From an uncultured delta proteobacterium (GTDB lineage: Bacteria; Desulfobacterota; Desulfomonilia; Desulfomonilales; Desulfomonilaceae), in assembly GCA_963789265.1 (NCBI GenBank), contig CAWBKB010000003.1:736001-800000 (forward strand): DNA of 64,000 nt, given 5' to 3'. The notes under the pieces are model-generated. The model saw only the letters and a list, made by a program, of their open reading frames with translations. It was not told where the DNA came from and searched no databases. Made by a program: the position numbers and the translations under genes. Shown piece after piece: positions 42,095-52,505 of this stretch; positions within the stretch are counted from its first letter, which is position 1; each line of letters begins with the position of its first letter.

Positions 42095-42313
42095 AATCGT
42101 GCTCCTTTCGAGAAATTGCGCATTAACTTTCACGCGTAAACCATAATATCCTACTACAGATGCCGGTCAAAAGAAAGATACGCTTACAGGGCTAAATAAC
42201 TCGCTGGGCCAAGATGCTGAGCGGCGTACACGCTTCGCAACTTTTCGACCACCGTCTGGTGCCCGTCACGTAAATTCGCCGGCGACCTTTGGCACTAAAG
42301 CGGCACAGGCCTT

Positions 42314-42676
42314 TCATGTCCGTTTGTCTGCTTCGGACTTCAGCCAGGATTTCAATTCTTCTGTTATGCCGCAAGCAGCATTCTTGCACGCAAAGAATTC
42401 AACTGACTCGTCAATAAGCTCCTGTGGTGCTTCCACCTCTGAGATTACCGCGTAGTCGTTGTGACTCTGCCGTACAAGGACCAACCGAGGTGGTTTTTTG
42501 AGAGCGTTTATTTTGAAATAGGCGCTTTCCTCGTTACACGCCTTCGCGTGATCGAGACCCCGAGACCAGTTTGTCCCCCATTCCAAGTACCTGGCCACGG
42601 CATCAAAAGGATGAAGATCCCAGTCAATGAGTCGTGCAATGTCCCTGTTTTGCATGATTTCTCTTATGGTTTTCAC
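42314..42676 (-). CDS. DVU0772-family-like protein (start uncertain, GTG at 42676 chosen)
   Basis: IDWDLHPFDAVARYLEWGTNW resembles the family signature as I recall it; AAGGA RBS. Confidence 0.65.
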   Translation of the reverse strand: MKTIREIMQNRDIARLIDWDLHPFDAVARYLEWGTNWSRGLDHAKACNEESAYFKINALKKPPRLVLVRQSHNDYAVISEVEAPQELIDESVEFFACKNAACGITEELKSWLKSEADKRT

Positions 42677-43018
42677 AAACGTATTCCTTTCGTGCCGACA
42701 TGTGAAGGAACTACAATGCGCCATTCCTTCTTCTTTTGATGCAGAGTTCGCCAAAAGGTTTCGAAAATTGGTTGACGGATCGACCCGGGGTTATGTACGC
42801 TCGGAAACGGGATAAAATGGATTTCTTCGAAAATGTGAAGACGGCTTTGTCACTGTCAGCTATGGTGGGTCAGCGCGTGATCTTTCTAGGTTCGCAGAAT
42901 GAGATCAGGACTCGCAACCGGTCTCAGGACCGGCAAGATGCAAGATCGCCGCATAGTTCCAGCTCGGACGAAAACCAATGGGGCTGCTTAGGGTCGCTTG
43001 AACCAAAAGGAGAAAACC

Positions 43019-45568
43019 ATGCCGACTTATAGGAATGCCCAGGAATTTGCAGACATCCTCACCGCCCTCTGGACCAGGATATTCGCATCCTCTGAAATTA
43101 TGGAGGGCTTTAGAGGGGAGAAGCTGATCGTCAAGTTTCGATTCAGTGACTTTCAGCAGGAGCTATTCATTGATTCCACGGGTGACTCTCCCGGGCTACG
43201 ATGGAACCCTGGCGAGCATACGCCTTTCGACGTTGAGATGATCCTCGCGTCAGACACCAGCCACAAATTTTGGATGCAGGAACTCAATATTCCTTTGGCC
43301 ATTGGCACACGGAAGATCGTTGCCAAAGGTTCGGTTCAAAAGGCACTGAAGCTAATACCGGCCCTGAAGCCGGCGTTTTCGCTATACCCCGTGATTCTCA
43401 AAGAATTCGGCAGAGACGACCTTCTGAAGAAGACCGCCGCAGGAACCAGAAGACGGAGCCGGCTGGCCCGTTTATTCTCGTCGAGGCGAAGATCCAACAC
43501 CTATGATTTGAGCCTGATACCGGACTCGTCCATTCCGTTGAGCAATGGCAAACCGGAAGCAATTGAGCGGGACATGGCGCGAGAGACTGACCCTCAGCCG
43601 TCGGACGTCGATTTGTTCAAAACCATGGTCAGAATCAGGGAGTTTGAGAATCACCTCTCTCAAGCCTTCAAAGCGGGTGAGATCCCTTCCGAGGCAATTC
43701 ACCTCTCAATAGGGCAGGAGGCTGTTGCAGCCGGAGTGTGCCTGAATCTCAGGGATACGGACTATCTAAACACAACTCACAGAGGACATGGACACATTAT
43801 TGCAAAGGGCGCAGACGTCAAAGGGATGATGGCCGAACTTTACGGCAAGGCGAACGGTCTTTGCCGAGGACTGGGCGGTTCAATGCACGTGACTGACGGC
43901 AAGAAGGGCGTGTTAGGCGCAAACGGCATTGTGGCCGCGGGTTATCTGTTGGCTATGGGTGCGGGTTTTTCCATCAAGAACGCTGGGTCGTCGGACGCCA
44001 TATCTGTGGTCATTGCCGGGGATGGGTCTGTAAATCAGGGAATGTTCCATGAGGCCATGAACATGATTTCGGTCTTAGAGCTGCCCGTACTGGTGGTGGT
44101 GGAGAACAACCTGTACGGCGAATTCACGTCGGTTGAAAGGCACTCAGGCGAACCGGAGCTGTTCAAAAGGGCGCACGCCTACCGGATTGAGAGCCATCGG
44201 GTGGATGGGAATGACGTGAGGAGCGTTTCGGTAAAGGTTCGAGAAATAGTCCACAACATGCGCAAAGATCGCAAACCAAGGCTCCTGGAACTGATGACGT
44301 ATCGTTGGCACGGGCACATGGAAGGCGATCCGGAGGCGTACCGAAACAAAGATGAAGTCTCCAAGTATAAGGAATTGGACCCCATTGTGGGCCTCGAGAA
44401 ATCACTCCTCGCTGAAGGCGCGGTCCGGCAGAAAGATCTGGATTGGATCAGAGCGGCCGCGACCCGGCAAATCAAGGACGCCGAACAATACGCAGTCAAT
44501 TCGCCATCTCCTGAACTATCCACCTTGACAGAGCACATCTATGCGCCGGAGGACGGGAGGCTCTTTTCAGGCTCCTTTGATCCGGGTAACCGGGCAGTGC
44601 GCGAAATGTCGGTTTCCCAGGCAATCAATCAGGCTATTGCAGAAGAGATGGACAGGGATCAGAAGGTATTTCTATGGGGAGAAGATGTTTCCCTCGGGGG
44701 ATACTTCAACGTCACTAGCGGGCTTGTCAATAGATTCGGTCATTCGAGAGTCGTTGACACGCCTATAAGCGAAAACGGTATCGTGGGAGGCGCAGTGGGC
44801 GCGGCCATGACAGGGAGCAGACCTATCTGCGAGATCCTGTTCGCAGACTTCCTCACCTGTTGCATGGACCCGATAATGAATCAGGCGGCCAAGATACGTT
44901 TCATGACAGGCGGACAGGTCTCGGTGCCGCTTACCATACGTACCCCTGTTGGAAGTGGAATCGGCATGGCGGCTCAACACTCGCAATCCATGGAGCGGTT
45001 CTTTTTCGGCATTCCCGGACTAATTGTGTTGGCCGTTTCAGACGCTTTTACTGCCAAGGGTCTAATGAAGTCGGCAATCCGGTCTGAAAATCCGGTGCTC
45101 GTATTTGAGCACAAACTCCTTTACGCTGAGTCAGGCAATGTTCCCATCGAGGAATATACTTTGCCCATAGGCAAGGCTCGAATTGTCCTCGGAGGAGAGG
45201 ACGTCACGATCGTGACCTATTCGCTTGGAGTCAGTATCGCGAGCAAGGCGTCGGAGCTTCTTGCACAGAAAGGGATTCGCGCCGAGATCATCGACCTTGC
45301 CACTCTGTACCCCATGGACACTGAGACAATCCTACAGTCCGTACTCAAAACAGGTCACTTGGTTGTGTTGGAAGAGGCCCTCTTTAGTGGCAGCGTGGGC
45401 TCCGAGGTCGTTTCCAGGGTAGCCCTGGCCGGCTTTGGTTTGCTCAAGAAGGCGCCGGTGAAAATCTGCGCGATTGACAGCCCTATCCCGTACGCCAAGA
45501 ACCTGGAGGTCTCAATGCTTCCGGCACCCGAGAAGGTCGTAGAGACAATAGAGTCCCTGCTGAAATAG
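43019..45568 (+). CDS. SCP2-like domain fused to single-chain ThDP-dependent E1 alpha+beta (acetoin/2-oxoacid dehydrogenase-like)
   Basis: E1 alpha HLSIGQEA, THRGHGH, GGSMH, GDGSVNQG...ENN, YRWHGH; E1 beta GEDV, DTPISE, AQHSQ; N-terminal ~130 aa with an SCP2-like C-terminal pattern (HKFWMQELNIPLAIGTRKIVAKGSVQKALKL). Confidence 0.85.
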   Translation: MPTYRNAQEFADILTALWTRIFASSEIMEGFRGEKLIVKFRFSDFQQELFIDSTGDSPGLRWNPGEHTPFDVEMILASDTSHKFWMQELNIPLAIGTRKIVAKGSVQKALKLIPALKPAFSLYPVILKEFGRDDLLKKTAAGTRRRSRLARLFSSRRRSNTYDLSLIPDSSIPLSNGKPEAIERDMARETDPQPSDVDLFKTMVRIREFENHLSQAFKAGEIPSEAIHLSIGQEAVAAGVCLNLRDTDYLNTTHRGHGHIIAKGADVKGMMAELYGKANGLCRGLGGSMHVTDGKKGVLGANGIVAAGYLLAMGAGFSIKNAGSSDAISVVIAGDGSVNQGMFHEAMNMISVLELPVLVVVENNLYGEFTSVERHSGEPELFKRAHAYRIESHRVDGNDVRSVSVKVREIVHNMRKDRKPRLLELMTYRWHGHMEGDPEAYRNKDEVSKYKELDPIVGLEKSLLAEGAVRQKDLDWIRAAATRQIKDAEQYAVNSPSPELSTLTEHIYAPEDGRLFSGSFDPGNRAVREMSVSQAINQAIAEEMDRDQKVFLWGEDVSLGGYFNVTSGLVNRFGHSRVVDTPISENGIVGGAVGAAMTGSRPICEILFADFLTCCMDPIMNQAAKIRFMTGGQVSVPLTIRTPVGSGIGMAAQHSQSMERFFFGIPGLIVLAVSDAFTAKGLMKSAIRSENPVLVFEHKLLYAESGNVPIEEYTLPIGKARIVLGGEDVTIVTYSLGVSIASKASELLAQKGIRAEIIDLATLYPMDTETILQSVLKTGHLVVLEEALFSGSVGSEVVSRVALAGFGLLKKAPVKICAIDSPIPYAKNLEVSMLPAPEKVVETIESLLK

Positions 45569-45661
45569 CCACAGGCGGCCGGGATTCGGGGCCGGATGAA
45601 TGTGAAATGCTACGTTGCCGGGATCGCAAATCCTAAAGCTCACGCAGAGGAGGGAAATACC

Positions 45662-46432
45662 ATGCCGGATTCCAAGTGCATTTTCATTACTGGAGCAGGA
45701 TCGGGGATAGGTATGGCCACAGCTCTCCATTTCTCCAGGAGGGGCTGGTTTGTGGGATTGTACGATATCAACGAGTCTGAGCTGGAAAAAGCTGCGGGTG
45801 CGCTGGAAACAGATCGGATGTGTTTTCAGAAACTTGATGTGACGGACTGGGAACAGGTCAAGGCTGCTTTGGAGCAATTTTCCCTTTGTACGGCGGGGAA
45901 GCTGCACGTGCTCTTCAACTGCGCCGGAGTTATGAAGACCGGACCCTTTGAATCGATACCTTTCGAGGCTCACCGAGCCATGACCAGAGTGAATGCAGAA
46001 GGTGTTCTGAATTGCACGTACCAAGCGTTTCCACACCTTCAGAGCTCGAGGCCGGCCATGGTAATCAGTATGGCTTCCGCTTCAGCCCTTTATGGAACAC
46101 CTGATTATGCGACCTATTCATCGACAAAGTTCTGGGTTAGGGGCTTCACGGAAGCCCTCAACATCGAATGGGAACGTCATGGCATCCACGTGTGTGACAT
46201 TATAACCCCTTTTGTTGACACGCCCCTCCTGCACGGCGACAATTCAGGGGCTATAAATTCCCTTGGCATTAAGTTATCGCCGGAAGACCTGGCTCAGGTC
46301 GTATGGCAGGCCGCGCATGGCCGCAAGGTCCACTGGCTGGTGACACCCTACATGAAGTTCAACTGGATTGTCGCCAGGAAGATGCCCGACCGTCTGGCCA
46401 GACTAATAATGAAACGAATATGTAGATACTGA
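45662..46432 (+). CDS. Short-chain dehydrogenase/reductase
   Basis: TGAGSGIG, NCAG, catalytic S...YSSTK. Confidence 0.9.
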   Translation: MPDSKCIFITGAGSGIGMATALHFSRRGWFVGLYDINESELEKAAGALETDRMCFQKLDVTDWEQVKAALEQFSLCTAGKLHVLFNCAGVMKTGPFESIPFEAHRAMTRVNAEGVLNCTYQAFPHLQSSRPAMVISMASASALYGTPDYATYSSTKFWVRGFTEALNIEWERHGIHVCDIITPFVDTPLLHGDNSGAINSLGIKLSPEDLAQVVWQAAHGRKVHWLVTPYMKFNWIVARKMPDRLARLIMKRICRY

Positions 46433-46623
46433 CACCGAAGCATTTGGTCTGTCATTACTTTACAAGCACCTTCAATGGAAGATCACGTGATACCTTTCAA
46501 AAGCCGATGAAATCCTACCTGATTCGCTACCTCTGAACAGCAAGACTTCTCTTTTTCAGTAGGTTATGATATAATAATAATATTAAACTGGATATTTTAG
46601 GGCCAACAACTGGAGGATTAGTT

Positions 46624-46893
46624 ATGAGGTATGGTGCGAAGGTCGTTGCGATCGGCATATTGATTGTGTTTGCTGCCGCAGGGGGAGTGCTGGCAGTCGG
46701 TTATGAACGTCATTATCTTGGAGCTCCGGCTGCGTCGGAGGCCAATGCTTACGACAATTCCAGGACCGACTTCTGTGCCGCCTTGAAGAAGGCTACCTTC
46801 GTGGAAAAGGTCCCGGCACTGCTCGATGAAGCGGCGGCCTTCATCAAGAACGTCCTTGTCCAATTCGGTCTGCCCGCGAACAAGACCCGGTGA
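46624..46893 (+). CDS. Small hypothetical membrane-anchored/exported protein
   Basis: GGAGG RBS; hydrophobic N-terminus. Confidence 0.55.
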   Translation: MRYGAKVVAIGILIVFAAAGGVLAVGYERHYLGAPAASEANAYDNSRTDFCAALKKATFVEKVPALLDEAAAFIKNVLVQFGLPANKTR

Positions 46894-47007
46894 CCTTTGA
46901 TTACGGATTTCTGTCCGATTCATTGATTTCTAGGATGATGCTGCTGCATCAGGAAATTGCTAGAGCTTGGCCATGCAACACATCCCACAGACGTGAAGGA
47001 AGCCGCG

Positions 47008-49458
47008 ATGAAACTCATGCCGATGATTTTCGTCTTATCGCTTCTGTTATACGGCCCGGTCTCCTCTCAAGCGGTCCCGGTCCGTGGAGGCCCGGATATT
47101 CATACCTCAGCTCTTCGGGCTCTTCAAGGAGGCGATGTCCAGACCGCGGTGAGCTTGCTTTCGCAGGCAATAAAGGCGGAACCTGACAATTACCGTTATT
47201 ACAATGACAGGGGGGTGGCCTATAAAAGGTTAGGAGATTTCGAGAAAGCTCTTTCGGATTATGCAAACGCCCTTAAGATTAAGCCTAACTACACCCATGC
47301 TTTGAATAACAGAGGCGTACTGTACCTTCAACAAGGTAATTATGACAAGGCGATACAGGACTTTCGTGCAGCTCTAAAGCAGGAGGGATTGAAAGGCAAA
47401 TTACACACTAATCTGGGCATAGCCCTTGCGCGCAAAGGAGATTATCAAAGCGCAATTAAAGAGTTTGAATCAGCGGTTTCGTTTCGACCGGTGGATGACA
47501 GATCATTCCTTTTCATGGCCGAATCCTTGGAGAAAGTCGGAGAGAAGGATAAGGCCCTGAAATTGTATGAGTTGGCCCAGGGGCTTGCGACGGATTCTGC
47601 TACAAGGGACTTGTTAGAAAAAAGAATAGCCTCCCTTGAGAAAAGCTTGTCCGTGACAAAAACCGCTCCTGCTTCTACTCCTGTCCGAGGTCGACAAGTC
47701 CCTGCCCATTCTCCCCGGAAAAAGCCTGTCTCTAATCAGGCAAGTGCGAAACATCCTGACGGAACACGGCAAATACTCCTGGCACGGCCTATACACCAGG
47801 CCGAGAACAAAGCAATGGTCAAACCTGCTGCAGCGCAGGACATCGGCATAGACAGCCTCCGTGCTCTCGATAGTCTTTGCCGCGACAGGGCCCTGAAAAA
47901 GTTTTCGGCTGCCTCCATAGGAATCTATCGCCAGGGGATCCAGTTTCTGGAGCAGTCCGAAATCAGGAAGGCTTTGATTAGATTTGAGGACGTTCTGCAA
48001 CTTGAGACAAGAAACAAGAATGCTCCTGCCGTGGCCTGGAGCAATCTGGAAACAGGCCGATTATACTCAAAGCTGGGGGACTACCCTACAGGAGCGGGCT
48101 TCTTGGAAGAGGCCTTGAAGCTTTTCAGGCGACTCAAGGCCACAGACGAAATAATTTTGACCCTTGTAGAGCTGGGGTCCAACCAAAAAATCGCGGGGAA
48201 TAAGGAAAGAGCCGCGGCTTTATATTCAAAGGCCACGGAAGAGGCTACATGCAAAGGTCAGTATAAGCTCGCGAAGGCGGTGTCAGACCTGGCCCGAGGC
48301 CGCAAGCCTCAGCGGCTTGCCCGAGCCGGCGCACCTCCCAAAGAACAGAGAGCTGTTCAACAAAAAATTGTTGCCCCCAAGAAAGAAGCTGTTCCGGAAA
48401 AAGAAAAACCGAGCCAAAACCACAATGTACCCAAAATTGGAAGCCGGGCTAATAGTGGCCAGAGGTCCGTGGTTCGGGTCGAATCCGGAAGCAAACCCAG
48501 GCCGGTGCCGACCGCAGTGATAACTATGAAAAAAGAGGGCAGAGCATCGAAGTCGGCACTACCCCCCGAAACAAAACCTTCATCGAAGGTCAGTGCACTT
48601 TCGCGGGAGAATGTCGCGGTCCCTGAGAAGCTCAAGCAGCCGGAAAGCAAATCCGGTCCGGACAAGGCTTTGCGTCGCGAACAGAGTACTCCTGGTGTTC
48701 CCGCGCCAAAAGCCCTTGCCGCTGAGAGCCGCGTTCCCGTGGCAAAACCTGCCCTTGCGGAAAGAAGGACGCGAGGCGAAAGAAGCATCCGGCAAAACCT
48801 GGCTGAACTGAAAAAGTTTAAGAAAACGGATGATGAAGCGAACATGATCGTCGTGCTCGAACGGCTCGCCCATAAGTATACGGGGAGAAAAGACTATAGA
48901 AAGGCTCTTGCTGCGCTGACGGCTTCACTTGCATTTCGGCAAAAACTGGGGATGGAAAAGGGGATGGAAAACATTCTGCGACAAAGCGGCCTTGTGAAGG
49001 AAAAACTGGGGGACAAAGCAGGAGCTTTGGAAGATCTTACCCGCGCAGCGGCCCAGGCTGCCGTGAACGGCGCATCCAAGACGGATAGAGCGCTGGCTGC
49101 CAGAGCTAAAAAGCTGGCTGCTTCGATCGGATTGGATTCGGACGCGGCGCTCCGGGCATTTCGGCTCCTATGGAAAGCGCGCTTGGCAGGAAATAACCAC
49201 GGGGACACCGAGGCGCTGTATTTGATAGGCAAGCTTTACGATGAGGCGGACAAGCCTTTTGAGGCTCTTCAGTATTACGAGCGATCATCTGCTTCTATGT
49301 TGGCTGATAAGGCGCGACTCTACGAAAAGATTGGAAAGACGAGTATGGCGGAGCAATCGTATAATGAGGCCCTGGAACGCTTCAGAAAGCTGGATTATTC
49401 GCGCTATCTCAACCTTTTACAAAAACTGCACGCGCCAAAGAGACTATCTCGTCACTAA
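47008..49458 (+). CDS. Large exported TPR protein with Lys/Pro-rich linkers
   Basis: Signal peptide; canonical TPRs (YNDRGVAYKRLGDFEKALSDY, LNNRGVLYLQQGNYDKAIQDF). Confidence 0.85.
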   Translation: MKLMPMIFVLSLLLYGPVSSQAVPVRGGPDIHTSALRALQGGDVQTAVSLLSQAIKAEPDNYRYYNDRGVAYKRLGDFEKALSDYANALKIKPNYTHALNNRGVLYLQQGNYDKAIQDFRAALKQEGLKGKLHTNLGIALARKGDYQSAIKEFESAVSFRPVDDRSFLFMAESLEKVGEKDKALKLYELAQGLATDSATRDLLEKRIASLEKSLSVTKTAPASTPVRGRQVPAHSPRKKPVSNQASAKHPDGTRQILLARPIHQAENKAMVKPAAAQDIGIDSLRALDSLCRDRALKKFSAASIGIYRQGIQFLEQSEIRKALIRFEDVLQLETRNKNAPAVAWSNLETGRLYSKLGDYPTGAGFLEEALKLFRRLKATDEIILTLVELGSNQKIAGNKERAAALYSKATEEATCKGQYKLAKAVSDLARGRKPQRLARAGAPPKEQRAVQQKIVAPKKEAVPEKEKPSQNHNVPKIGSRANSGQRSVVRVESGSKPRPVPTAVITMKKEGRASKSALPPETKPSSKVSALSRENVAVPEKLKQPESKSGPDKALRREQSTPGVPAPKALAAESRVPVAKPALAERRTRGERSIRQNLAELKKFKKTDDEANMIVVLERLAHKYTGRKDYRKALAALTASLAFRQKLGMEKGMENILRQSGLVKEKLGDKAGALEDLTRAAAQAAVNGASKTDRALAARAKKLAASIGLDSDAALRAFRLLWKARLAGNNHGDTEALYLIGKLYDEADKPFEALQYYERSSASMLADKARLYEKIGKTSMAEQSYNEALERFRKLDYSRYLNLLQKLHAPKRLSRH

Positions 49459-49556
49459 ATAGACCGGCATACAAGGGCGCTTCCACCGGTCGTGTCAGGA
49501 TTTGAAGATCCAAAGAACTCCGAAGCCTCAACTGTCAATTAGCGGTTCCGGTTTTT

Positions 49557-49739
49557 ATGATAACCAGATTCCTCACCAGCAACTGGTTTGCTGCTCTGAT
49601 CCTAGTCATAGCAGCCGGCTCCCTGGTTGTGCTCTATATAAGCGGGAGAACCACGGAAGCAGTTTTGGGAGGCGCATTACTATTTTTGGCCCTTGTGCTC
49701 ATTCTGATGGGCGTAAAGAAAAGCGACGGTGACAGATAG
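49557..49739 (+). CDS. Small two-TM hypothetical protein
   Basis: 60 aa with two hydrophobic segments. Confidence 0.5.
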   Translation: MITRFLTSNWFAALILVIAAGSLVVLYISGRTTEAVLGGALLFLALVLILMGVKKSDGDR

Positions 49740-49980
49740 GCTATTGATAACTGTTCACCGGACTTTGTAATCGGTATCCCGCGTCTCGCGGGACCGGTCC
49801 CACCAGGATCATAGGGCCGGAGTCCCTGCCCGCGATCCCCTAGACTCGGCAAACCCTATTCACATACTACCGGTTAGAGCAATTGATAGCGGCGACACTT
49901 TTGATCGTCACCCCCTGACCGCAGAATCTTCGCGGAAATTATAGAATGCTTCGACATGCTCAGAGGTTTACGCGCCGTAC

Positions 49981-50265
49981 TTACGGACTGGTGGTTTGAT
50001 AGCTATAGGAAAATTTGAGCCCGTTGCAGCCGTCCGAACATACTCGGTAACCGTAAGCATAGCACGCAAGGTCGGCGTCGTAGCCGGTATCGGGAGTCTG
50101 ATCCACGGGTATGATAAAAGCGAAATTTCCTACCGAGTTGTCCTGTAGACAGCGGCAGGTTATATGACACTTTATTCCGACTTGCCCTCCCCATACCGCC
50201 GAAAATGTGCCCACTGCCAAAAGAGTGGCCAACACAAGGATGATTCTAATTTTCGAATGAGCCAT
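49981..50265 (-). CDS. Small exported Cys-rich protein
   Basis: Signal peptide followed by a six-Cys mature domain. Confidence 0.6.
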   Translation of the reverse strand: MAHSKIRIILVLATLLAVGTFSAVWGGQVGIKCHITCRCLQDNSVGNFAFIIPVDQTPDTGYDADLACYAYGYRVCSDGCNGLKFSYSYQTTSP

Positions 50266-50417
50266 AGGTTCACCGCTCTTCGTAATGAAGTCGAAGTTTA
50301 TCACAGCTTATTCAAGCAATGCAACGAAGCTCGGAGCACGCGCGACAATTTTTCTACAAATTGCTTGATGAATTATTCACAACATGTTATAATAAATTAT
50401 CATATCGGAGGCTTATT

Positions 50418-50912
50418 ATGTCAAAGAATTTTTTTGTGAGAATCTTGGTGATGGTGTTTTGTTCACTTACCATTGGATCCCAGGTCTTTGCATTCGGAGA
50501 GGATATTCTCGGCCTAACCGGCCAGTATACCTTTTTCATCAGGCCGGTCCCGGGCTGGGATGTTACTTACTACCAGAGAATGGTTCCCTGTGTAGCACAA
50601 GAAACCGTTCTTGTTCCGCACAGGGTGGTTCAGACGTACCCACTTCCCGTTCCTGCTATGCGTCAGCAGCCGATAGACATCACTGAAAATCCTGTTGGGT
50701 GCGCCCAAGGCTCGGGCCCGTGTGTTCGATGCCGTCCGATGCCGTCCTGTAGGCCTGCCTCCAAGGCCGTGGTGACACCAATGGTTGTCCCTGTCGGCGT
50801 CCCGGGGATAGACCTAACCCCCAAATGTGTGACGCGTCCCGTCATGCTTCCTCAGTGGTTCGCGGTTACCGAAACGCCAAGAATTATCCGAAAGGTCTCA
50901 AAGGTTCGATAG
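50418..50912 (+). CDS. Exported Pro/Val/Cys-rich hypothetical protein
   Basis: GGAGG RBS; signal peptide ending VFA; P/V-rich body. Confidence 0.6.
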   Translation: MSKNFFVRILVMVFCSLTIGSQVFAFGEDILGLTGQYTFFIRPVPGWDVTYYQRMVPCVAQETVLVPHRVVQTYPLPVPAMRQQPIDITENPVGCAQGSGPCVRCRPMPSCRPASKAVVTPMVVPVGVPGIDLTPKCVTRPVMLPQWFAVTETPRIIRKVSKVR

Positions 50913-51016
50913 AACCCTTAGTCGCTGAGATTCCTCACCAACACAATTTCGCGCTGTTGAATTAAGCGCGGATGCGTGCTAGGTTAAACTCAAACTCTTT
51001 CAGCATGGAGATCTTT

Positions 51017-52505
51017 ATGAATCTTAGCGAGATCGTAGATCGCTTCGCGGGGGATATGCCCAACCAACCGGCTTTGGTTTTTGAGGACCAGAACCATCTC
51101 TTATGCGGAACTACTTCGATCAATAAACAAGTTGTCCAATGCTCTTGTGAAAGCCGGTATTAAGAAAGGCGATCGCGTTGCGATCTTGATGGGAAACAGG
51201 CCCGAGTTTGTTGTAGGCTACTATGCATCAATGCGAATAGGGGCTGCTGCTGTTACGCTAAATCCTATGTCCACGTCTTATGAACTCAGTCATTATCTCG
51301 CTGAGAGTAAGCCTGCCGCGATCCTATGTAAAGGGGATCAGATCGCCAAGATTGAAACCATCAGAGACCGCGCGGATTACTTGAAAATGGTCATAAGTAC
51401 CGAGCCGGCAGAAGGCGTGGTGCTTTACGACGAGATTGAAAAAGACTTCTCGGACGGTTTCAAGGCATTATCATTGGATCCTGATGATCCTGCGGTGGTG
51501 ATATTCACGGCCGGACTCTTAGGCCGGGCCCTCGGAGCTACTCTGAGTCACCAGAATTTGGACACGAACTCCAATATGCTGAGAGATGATTGCGGTCGCG
51601 GCTCTGAGAGTCACGGCCTGGCCCTGATCCCGCTTTTCCATGCATTCGGGGCCGCTGTGAACCTTCTGGGGACAATGAAGGTGGGTGGGACTGTATATCT
51701 CGTAGAACGTGTAGATTTTCCGAAGCTGATACCCTGGCTTCAGAAGGCTCGCGTTACATACACCGGCCTGGTCCCTATGGTCTATTACGGCCTTCTCTAT
51801 CACCCCTCCTGTAAGGACCTGGATCTTTCGAGTCTGGAGATAGGTATAAGCGGGGGGGCGCCTCTCTCTATGGAAATCTACGAGAAATTCTGTGCACGAT
51901 ACAAGATAGACATCTATCAGGGGTACGGCCTCACTGAAGCCTCACCGGTGGTCTCATGGAACAACATCAAGATTCTCAACAAACCGCCAACGGTAGGGAA
52001 GCCTCTCCCCAATGTCACAATCGAAGTTCATGACGACGACGGCAAGCCACTACCGCCGGGCACCCAAGGGGAGGTGATAGTCAAGGGCCCCAACGTGATG
52101 CTGGGTTACTTGGGCAAACCTACCGAAACTGCGACGGTGATCCGGAATGAATGGTTGCACACGGGGGACATCGGGTACCTGGACGCCGATGGCTATCTCA
52201 CGCTTACGGGGCTCAAAAAGGACCTCATTATTACTTCGGGGTTCAACGTGTACTGCCAGGAGGTTGAAGAGATTCTCATCCGACATCCCCACGTGGCTGA
52301 CGTCGCTCTGATAGGCATCGACGATCTTATGCGGGGACAGGTGATAGAGGCCCTTGTCGTTCCTGAGCGAGGCGTAAAACCGGAAGAGAGAGACATTATC
52401 CGGTTCTGCAAGGAGTATCTTTCAAGGTACAAGTGTCCCAGAAAGGTTCTGCTTGTCAAAGAAATAGTTAGAGACGCCAACGGAAAGGCGGTACGCTGGA
52501 GTTAG
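51017..52505 (+). CDS. Long-chain acyl-CoA synthetase family (AMP-binding), with an apparent 1-nt insertion near 51090
   Basis: MNLSEIV...PALVFED continues in the +1 frame as TISYAEL; GYGLTE, WLHTGDIG. Confidence 0.85.

Noticed and set aside
50363..50382. Rex-like operator TTGATGAATTATTCACAA
   Set aside because: The left half-site and spacing do not fit TTGTGAA-N4-TTCACAA.
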